Shown: piece by piece, positions 25,750-32,000 of the stretch
How the letters are laid out: the number at the start of each line of letters is the position of its first letter
Numbering within the stretch: position 1 is the first letter of the stretch
NCBI RefSeq assembly: GCF_007748075.1
Contig: NZ_CP036280.1
Coordinates: 3,210,001-3,242,000, forward strand
Direction of reading: 5' to 3'
DNA from: Mucisphaera calidilacus
GTDB taxonomy: Bacteria; Planctomycetota; Phycisphaerae; Phycisphaerales; Phycisphaeraceae
DNA: 32,000 bases
Program-made: the position numbers and the translations under genes
Notes under the pieces: generated by a model
Seen by the model: only the letters and a program-made list of their open reading frames with translations
What the model was told of the DNA's origin: nothing
Database searches by the model: none

Positions 25750-26273
25750 AGTGCTTCATCGTCAAAGGACAGGGATATCCGCCACCAGACTAGCACGCCT
25801 CCCTTCAGGTCAGCATCATATTCCTGACACCCTCACCAACCATTGTGGTCACGCATGACCGCTTTCCACAGGCTTCGGAGGGCTTGGTCCGAGGTGTCCG
25901 CGGGGAAACCCTAATCCACACGATCGGCTTGCTTATAGGACGGTTAGCCTCTTTGGCGTTGACACGACGCTCTCGGTCAGGAGCCGATAATATGCGTTGA
26001 CAGAGATCGACAATCGCATCAGACTCTTGTCGTCGCCGATTCGTGATTCTTAACCGTTGTGCAACAAAGCATGTGAACATTGTTCATGTTTGTGCTGTCC
26101 CAGTTTATCAATTTCTGACACTGTCGCATCAGAATCAGCCGATAGACCGATCTACACCATGGCATCGTGTGATGCCTGTCGGAAAACGCGTTACTTACAA
26201 CGACTGAGGTTGTTTCCTACTTCTTTCCGTGGTCACGTCATCGTTCCTGCAATCCTTCAAGAAGGTTGTCGCC

Positions 26274-29200
26274 ATGCCTATCCGCCGTGCTCTCGCCGCG
26301 TTCCTGCGTTCCATGTCCACCACCAACAACACCCCGGCGACGGCAATGAATCACGGCCCCAGCAAGCCCGCCCCGTTTGAGCCGCTTGAAGACCGCATCA
26401 TGCTCTCGGCCGACCTCGCAGCGGGCTTCGCCTTTGGCTCGAACGACACCTTCGACATCGACAACGAAGAAGAAGTCATCGACGTCGCCACCGACACCGC
26501 CGGCAACCTCTACGCCGTCGCGAACATCAAGGGCACGGTGAACGTCGATCCCAACGGTTTCACCGAACTGGCCACGAGCGGCCCGGCCGACGGCGACACC
26601 GCCATCCTTAAATACAGCTCCGACGGCACCCTCCTCTGGGCGGCCAAGCTTGGCGACGCCACCTCCGACACCGGCTCTTCCATCGCCGTCGACGGCTCGG
26701 GCAACGTCTACGTCACCGGCAGCTTCACCGGCACCCTCGACGTCGACCCCGGCGCAGGCACCAACAATCTGACCTCCGTCGGCAACGAAGACGCCTTCGT
26801 CGTCGCGCTCGACAGCGACGGCAACCACCTCTGGGGCTTCTCGCTCGGTGCGGCTGGCGAGGACACCACGGGCGGCGGCATCATCGTCGCCGGCGCCAAC
26901 GTCCTGCTCGGAGCCGGTTTCTCCGGCACACTCGACCTCGACCATGGCGCGGGCACCAACAACGTCGGCGCGGCCAACAACGCCGGCACCAGCTTCCTCG
27001 CCGCTTACGCCGCTGCCGACGGCAGCTTCCAGAGCGGCTTCGCCCTCGGCGACGGCAACACCGGCGCCACCATGCTCTACAGCGGCACCACCGACAGCTC
27101 GGGCAACATCCTGCTGACCGGCGGCTTCACCGGCACGGTCGACTTTGACCCCGGCGTCGGCACCGAGGACGCCACCTCAGCCGGCGGCGTCGACATCTTC
27201 GTCCTCAGCCTCGACAACGCCTTCGCCCACGCGTGGGACCACCAGTTCGGCGACACGGGCGACGACTTCGCCACTTCCGTAGCCACCGACGGCGCCGACA
27301 ACGTCTTCCTCGCCGGCGGCTTTGCCGGCACGGTCGATTTCGACCCGGGCGTCGGCACCTCCAACCTCGCCTCCGCGGGCGTTGGCGACACCGACGGCTT
27401 CGTGATCAGCCTCGACACCAACGGCGACTTCGTCTGGGGCCTCGAGTTCAACGCGGCGGACGCCACCGGCCTCCTCGACGAGCTCCAGATCGACGTCTTC
27501 GACACCAACAAGCTCGCGATTGCCGGCGCCCTCGAGGGCACCGTGCAGCTCGACCCCGTCGGCGGCACCGCCGAAACCTCCACCGACGGCCTGGCTGATC
27601 AGGAAGGCTTTGTGGTCGAACTCAACGACATCGAGACCGCCAACCCGGCCTTCGGCGGGGTCAGCCAGTTCGGCGGCACCGGTTCCAGCGAGGTCAGCGA
27701 GATCGTCGGCCTGCCCACGGGCGGCTTCCTCGTCGGCGGCAACTTCTCCGGCACCATCGACCTCGACCCGGGTGCCGCGACCGACGAGTTCACCGCCCTC
27801 GGCGACGGCTCCACCACCGACAGCTTCCTCGCACGACTCTCCAGCGCCGACTCCGGCCTGGTGACCATCACCACCACCGACCCGCGCGCTACCGAAGAGG
27901 GCACCACCACCGCCACCTTCACCGTGACACGCTCGGGCGGCACCACCGGCGACCTCGACGTCACCATCACCGTCGGCGGCACCGCCACCGACACCGACGA
28001 CTTCGCCAACATCCCCACCACCGTCACCATCCCCGACGGCCAGGCCTCCGCCACCATCACCGTCACGCCCGTTGATGACGGCGACACCGAGGGCACCGAG
28101 TCCGTCCTCATCACCCTCGTCGAGGGCGACGGCTACGACCTCGGAGCCAACGACACCATGGCCTCCGCGGCCATCCTCGACAACGAGGCCGACAACACCC
28201 TCTTCAACACCGCACTGCTCGCGGGCACGCTCAACGTCTTCACGCTGACTGATTCCATTACCGTCACCACCGACGGCGCCGGCAACATCCTCGACGGCAT
28301 CGGCATCGACATCGACGGCAACGAGTTCGACATCTTCAGCGGCACCTACACCCTCGCCGACGACGGCTCGGGCGAAGCGTCCTTCAACATCAGCGACGAG
28401 CCGGGCGGGCCCGTAACCGTCGACTTCGAGGTCACCGCTTCCAACGACGTGGCCGTAGGACGCGAGAACACCTTCGCGGTCGATGAACCCGACTTCTTCG
28501 GCTTCATCGTCGACACCGGCACCTCCTTCAACACCGCCGACCTCGCCGGCGAATGGACCATGGTCTCCTTCGACACACGCGGCGAGTTCACCGTCGCGGC
28601 CAACGGCACCGTCACCGGGCAGGTCTTTGGCGACTTCGGCACCGCCGCTCTGACAGCGGGCTCCACCATGGACGTGACCGCCGACGGCGTGGTCACCATC
28701 ACCGCCGTGACCGCCGGGGGCACCCGAACCCTCACCGGCCAGCTCGCACAGAACAGTGACGTGATGATGGGCAACGAGAACGGCCTCACCGGCGCCGATC
28801 CCGCGAGCTTCTTCATCGCCGTCAAGAGCGGCACCGACGTCACCGACGACACCATCAACGGCAACTACGCCAACGTCGGGCTCTACGACCTCGGCACCGG
28901 CACCTTCAGCAACGGAACCGTCACCGGCAACACCGAATTCGAGGGCGGCATGTCGTCCTTCACCGGCACTTACGACCTCACGAGCACCGGCCGATTCACC
29001 GGCTCTGTGGTCGTCACCGACGAAGGCCAGGACCCCGAACCGGCCATCGGTTTCTCCGGCGCCATCAACGCCTCGGGTGACCTGATCATCTCCAACGCCA
29101 CCAACATCGCCGAAGCCGTTGCCGAGGAGGGTGACGCGGGTCTCTTCGCCTTCGTTGACGCGGCACCCAGCACGAACGTGGTTGGCGTCACGACCACCGA

Positions 29201-32000
29201 CACCACCGCAGCCGAGGCCACGCCCGCCGACGCCACCGGTGCGTTCACCATCACGCGTACCGGCACCGAGGGCGCACTCGACGTCGCCTACCGCATCACC
29301 GGCACGGCACGCAACGGCGTCGACTACGTCGAACTCACCGGCACGGCCACCATCCCCGACGGACAGCAGAGCGTCGTGATCACCGTCACGCCCGAGGACG
29401 ACACCCTGGTCGAGGGCGACGAGACCGTCATCATCACCCTGCTGCCCAACGCCGCCTATGACATCAGCATGAACGACGCGGCGCAACTCACCATCGCCGA
29501 CAACGAGCCCACCGTCACCATCGCCGCCACTGATGACGCAGCCGCCGAGGCCACGCCCGCCAACGCGACCGGTGAATTCACCGTCACCCGCGTGGGCAAC
29601 ACCACCGGCGACCTCGTCGTCGCCTACCGCCTCACCGGCACGGCACGCAACGGAGTCGACTACGAGCGACAGACCGGCACCGTCACCATCGCCGACGGCG
29701 ATGACACCGCGACCATCACCATCACGCCCACCGATGACACGCTTGCCGAGGGCGATGAGACCGTCACCGCCACCCTCATCAACCGCGCCGGCTACACCGT
29801 AGGCGACGATGACACGGCCGACGTGACCATCGCCGACAACGAGCCGGTTGTCACCATCGTCTCGGACGCGAACCCCGGCGACAGCGTCTCCGAAGAGGGT
29901 GACACCGACGGCACCTTTACCGTGACACGCACCGGTTCCACCGCGGAAGCCCTCGAGGTTGCCTACCGCCTGACCGGAACGGCACGCAACGGCGTCGACT
30001 ACGAGCGACAGACCGGCACCGTCGAGATCCCCATCGGGCAGGCCTCCGCCACCATCACCATCGAGGCCATTGACGACGACCTCGTCGAGGGCGACGAAAC
30101 CGTCACCGCCACACTCATCAATCGCGCCGGCTACGCCATCGGCGACGACAACGAAGCCGACATCTCACTCACCGACAACGAGCCCACCGTCACCATCGCC
30201 GCCACCGACGACGCGGCCGATGAAGACGGCGGCACCGGAACGTTCACCGTCACACGCGTCGGTAACACCACCGGTGACCTCGAGATTGCCTACCGCCTGA
30301 CCGGCACGGCACGCAACGGCACCGACTACGTCGAACTCACCGGCACCGTCACCATCGCCGATGGCGACGCCACCGCCACCATCACCGTGACGCCCGAGGA
30401 TGACGCCCTGGTCGAGGGCAGCGAGACCGTCACCGCCACACTCCTCAACAGGAACACCTACGCCATCGGTGACGACAACGCCGCCGACATCACCATCGCC
30501 GACAACGAGCCCACCATCACCATCGCCGCCACCGACGACGCGGCCGATGAAGACGGCGGCACCGGAACGTTCACCGTCACACGCGCCGGCAACACCAGCG
30601 GCGATCTCGAGGTCAGCTACCGCCTGACCGGCACCGCTCGCAACGGCACCGACTATGCCCAACTCACCGGCACCGTCACCATCCTCGATGGCGACGCCAC
30701 CGCCACCATCACCGTGACACCCGAGAACGACGCCCTGGTCGAGAACGACGAGACCGTCACCGCCACACTCCTCAACCGGCCCGAGTACGCCATCGGCGAC
30801 GACAACTCGGCCGACATCACCATCGCCGACAACGAGCCGCAACTCTCGATCGAGGCCATCGACCCGACCGCCAGTGAAGACGGCGACAACGGCGCCTTCC
30901 GCATCACGCGTGACGGATCCACCGTCGGCGACATCGAGGTGCGGATCCGTGTTTCCGGCACGGCACGCAACGGTACCGACTACGGCGCCATCGACCGCAC
31001 CATCACCCTCTCCGACGGCCAGCCCTTCGTTGACGTCAACGTCGTGCCCGTGAACGACAACCTCGTCGAACGCGACGAGACCGCCGTCGTCACAATCCTG
31101 CCCAGCCGGGCCTACACCCTCGGCAACGACACCAGCGCGACCGTGACCATCGCCGACAACTCGCCGGTCATCAATATTACGGCCAATGACGATGCCGCCG
31201 ACGAAGACGGCGACACGGGCCAGTTCACCGTGACACGCACCGGCTCCACCGTCGGCGACGTCGAGGTCCTCATCAGGGTCACCGGCACGGCACGCAATGG
31301 CACCGACTACACCACCATCGAACGCACCATCACCATCCCCGATGGCGACGCCTCCGTGACCATCGACGTGACCCCCGATGACGATGCCCTCGTCGAGGGC
31401 GACGAGACCGTCACCGTCACCGTCCTGCGCAGCAACGCCTACAACCTCGGCGACAACACCGACGCCACCGTCACCATCGCCGACAACGAGCCGGTCGTCA
31501 CCATCGCCGCCAACGACGCGGCAGCCGACGAGGACGGCGGCACCGGCCAGTTCACCGTGACACGCACCGGCGACAACACCGACGCCGTCGTTGTGAACGT
31601 TCGCATGACCGGAACGGCACGCAACGGCACCGACTACACCACGGTTAACCGCACCGTCACCATCGAGGCCAACCAGAACACCGCAACCATCGACATCACG
31701 CCCGTGAACGACGACCGCGTCGAGGACGCTGAGACCGTCACCGCCACACTCGTCCGCGGCACCGGCTACTCCTTGGGCGGCACCGTTTCGGCCGACGTCA
31801 CCATCGCCGACAACTCGCCCACCATCACGATTGCGTCGGACACCAACCCCGGCGACGACACCGCCGACGAAGACGGCGACACCGGAACCTTCCGCATCTC
31901 GCGGGCAGGCTCCACCGTCGGCGACGTTGACGTACGGATCCGCGTCTCCGGCACCGCACGCAACGGCACTGATTACACCACCACCGGCGACGCACGCATC
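26274..32000 (+). CDS. Giant secreted/surface protein, 5' partial (at least 1909 codons, runs off the right edge): beta-propeller-like repeat region, unassigned middle domain, and at least 10 Calx-beta-like modules
   Basis: I translated this frame by hand from the ATG at 26274 to 32000 and found no stop. The ORF track omits it because it lacks a stop in the window, and no other ORF is listed in this frame across the 5.7 kb.
- The N-terminus is MPIRRALAAFLRSM...KPAPFEPLEDRIMLSA.
- Seven repeats carry the G(S/G)F(T/S)GT(V/L)D(F/L)DPG core (about 26400-27850).
- A first Calx-beta-like module is at about 27858-28190.
- An unassigned domain is at 28190-29177.
- Tandem modules then follow of the type ATGxFTVTRxGxTxGDLxVxYRLTGTARNGxDY...TVTIxDGxxxATITVTPxDDxLxEGDETVTATL...ITIADNEP. 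Confidence 0.9.
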   Translation, partial: MPIRRALAAFLRSMSTTNNTPATAMNHGPSKPAPFEPLEDRIMLSADLAAGFAFGSNDTFDIDNEEEVIDVATDTAGNLYAVANIKGTVNVDPNGFTELATSGPADGDTAILKYSSDGTLLWAAKLGDATSDTGSSIAVDGSGNVYVTGSFTGTLDVDPGAGTNNLTSVGNEDAFVVALDSDGNHLWGFSLGAAGEDTTGGGIIVAGANVLLGAGFSGTLDLDHGAGTNNVGAANNAGTSFLAAYAAADGSFQSGFALGDGNTGATMLYSGTTDSSGNILLTGGFTGTVDFDPGVGTEDATSAGGVDIFVLSLDNAFAHAWDHQFGDTGDDFATSVATDGADNVFLAGGFAGTVDFDPGVGTSNLASAGVGDTDGFVISLDTNGDFVWGLEFNAADATGLLDELQIDVFDTNKLAIAGALEGTVQLDPVGGTAETSTDGLADQEGFVVELNDIETANPAFGGVSQFGGTGSSEVSEIVGLPTGGFLVGGNFSGTIDLDPGAATDEFTALGDGSTTDSFLARLSSADSGLVTITTTDPRATEEGTTTATFTVTRSGGTTGDLDVTITVGGTATDTDDFANIPTTVTIPDGQASATITVTPVDDGDTEGTESVLITLVEGDGYDLGANDTMASAAILDNEADNTLFNTALLAGTLNVFTLTDSITVTTDGAGNILDGIGIDIDGNEFDIFSGTYTLADDGSGEASFNISDEPGGPVTVDFEVTASNDVAVGRENTFAVDEPDFFGFIVDTGTSFNTADLAGEWTMVSFDTRGEFTVAANGTVTGQVFGDFGTAALTAGSTMDVTADGVVTITAVTAGGTRTLTGQLAQNSDVMMGNENGLTGADPASFFIAVKSGTDVTDDTINGNYANVGLYDLGTGTFSNGTVTGNTEFEGGMSSFTGTYDLTSTGRFTGSVVVTDEGQDPEPAIGFSGAINASGDLIISNATNIAEAVAEEGDAGLFAFVDAAPSTNVVGVTTTDTTAAEATPADATGAFTITRTGTEGALDVAYRITGTARNGVDYVELTGTATIPDGQQSVVITVTPEDDTLVEGDETVIITLLPNAAYDISMNDAAQLTIADNEPTVTIAATDDAAAEATPANATGEFTVTRVGNTTGDLVVAYRLTGTARNGVDYERQTGTVTIADGDDTATITITPTDDTLAEGDETVTATLINRAGYTVGDDDTADVTIADNEPVVTIVSDANPGDSVSEEGDTDGTFTVTRTGSTAEALEVAYRLTGTARNGVDYERQTGTVEIPIGQASATITIEAIDDDLVEGDETVTATLINRAGYAIGDDNEADISLTDNEPTVTIAATDDAADEDGGTGTFTVTRVGNTTGDLEIAYRLTGTARNGTDYVELTGTVTIADGDATATITVTPEDDALVEGSETVTATLLNRNTYAIGDDNAADITIADNEPTITIAATDDAADEDGGTGTFTVTRAGNTSGDLEVSYRLTGTARNGTDYAQLTGTVTILDGDATATITVTPENDALVENDETVTATLLNRPEYAIGDDNSADITIADNEPQLSIEAIDPTASEDGDNGAFRITRDGSTVGDIEVRIRVSGTARNGTDYGAIDRTITLSDGQPFVDVNVVPVNDNLVERDETAVVTILPSRAYTLGNDTSATVTIADNSPVINITANDDAADEDGDTGQFTVTRTGSTVGDVEVLIRVTGTARNGTDYTTIERTITIPDGDASVTIDVTPDDDALVEGDETVTVTVLRSNAYNLGDNTDATVTIADNEPVVTIAANDAAADEDGGTGQFTVTRTGDNTDAVVVNVRMTGTARNGTDYTTVNRTVTIEANQNTATIDITPVNDDRVEDAETVTATLVRGTGYSLGGTVSADVTIADNSPTITIASDTNPGDDTADEDGDTGTFRISRAGSTVGDVDVRIRVSGTARNGTDYTTTGDARI
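29178..32000 (+). repeat. In-frame tandem array of Calx-beta-like coding repeats, period 327-339 nt, at least 8.6 units, continuing beyond the window
   Basis: Unit boundaries, marked by GACAAC(GAG/TCG)CC (D-N-E/S-P), fall at 29499, 29835, 30174, 30501, 30828, 31155, 31482 and 31809. All are in frame, and the spacings are 336, 339, 327, 327, 327, 327 and 327 nt. Units 30174-30500 and 30501-30827 differ at about 33 of 327 positions by my hand alignment. Confidence 0.9.

Noticed and set aside
22848-25858. Large ORFs on both strands over the pnt operon (22848..24140-, 22883..24142+, 23436..24146+, 24508..25827+)
   Set aside because: The frames encoding PntB, PntAB and PntAA carry unmistakable family motifs. 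The others are Arg/Gly/Asp-rich shadows.
25959-25990. Perfect TTGACA (25959-25964) with GATAAT (25985-25990), as a promoter for the giant gene
   Set aside because: The spacer is 20 nt, outside the usual 16-18 nt range. A second TTGACA (25997-26002) has only a poor -10 (CAGACT). These are not reported as features and are mentioned only within the intergenic-region finding.
25981-26010. GAGCCGATAATATGCGTTGACAGAGAT, examined as a dif/XerCD-like site because of the strand-skew inversion
   Set aside because: Only the left arm loosely resembles a XerC half-site (6/8). The right arm matches about 5/11 of the E. coli consensus. No other convincing dif-like 28-mer was seen in the intergenic regions by eye.
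26238-31969. Minus-strand ORFs over the giant gene (26238..26945-, 27177..29486- of 769 aa, 30165..30842- and others) and short plus-strand off-frame ORFs
   Set aside because: These are Gly/Val/Asp/Ala-rich mirror images of the Thr/Asp/Ala/Gly-rich sense frame. The sense frame (phase of 26274) is open for 5.7 kb and shows repeated Calx-beta-type motifs.
29178-32000. Regular 327-nt periodicity, checked as a possible CRISPR or non-coding satellite
   Set aside because: The period is far too long for a CRISPR array, and there is no alternation of short repeats and unique spacers. The repeats are in frame and encode protein modules.

Overview
High-GC bacterial chromosomal window. The gene content suggests a Planctomycetota/PVC-like organism (inference). 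The pointers are two PEP-CTERM-tailed secreted hydrolases, dockerin-like repeats, an orphan prepilin-type protein, a XylR-like AraC regulator, and a giant protein with an FEPLEDRIMLSA-type N-terminus.

Housekeeping blocks:
- phosphohexomutase plus HAD phosphatase (minus strand)
- tRNA-Val(GAC)
- gdhA
- an acetolactate-synthase-like ThDP enzyme plus an aldehyde dehydrogenase
- aqpZ
- the three-gene transhydrogenase operon pntAA-pntAB-pntB

Accessory and decaying parts:
1. A 1.16-kb integrase-less islet sits at tRNA-Ser(GCT). It is bounded by a 15/16-nt direct repeat and carries one orphan ORF with an abrupt internal AT-rich to GC-rich composition break. This is my top candidate for something new.
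2. A decayed tyrosine-recombinase fragment lies next to tRNA-Val, with a degenerate att-like repeat.
3. Three gene-fusion or deletion scars fall within about 6 kb. They are a frameshifted Na+/solute symporter fused in frame to only the hairpin tip of an MCP signalling domain, a 5'-truncated MCP abutting a 5'-truncated TonB-dependent receptor head to head with overlapping start codons, and an internal in-frame deletion in that receptor.
4. A metzincin-PPC-dockerin-PEP-CTERM protease and a GDSL esterase with a PEP-CTERM tail.
5. An open-ended gene of at least 1909 codons (26274 to the window end). It encodes a 7-blade beta-propeller-like N-terminal region, an unassigned middle domain and at least 10 Calx-beta-like modules, the last 9 as a 327-339-nt tandem array.
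6. A left-edge module of unknown, possibly phage-like, function: a large ORF, a coupled small membrane coiled-coil protein, and a lipoprotein.

Strand composition flips from strongly G+T-rich at the left end to strongly C+A-rich at the right end. I found no CRISPR array, rRNA or intact IS element. All functional calls come from motifs I recognise by eye; no database search was possible.
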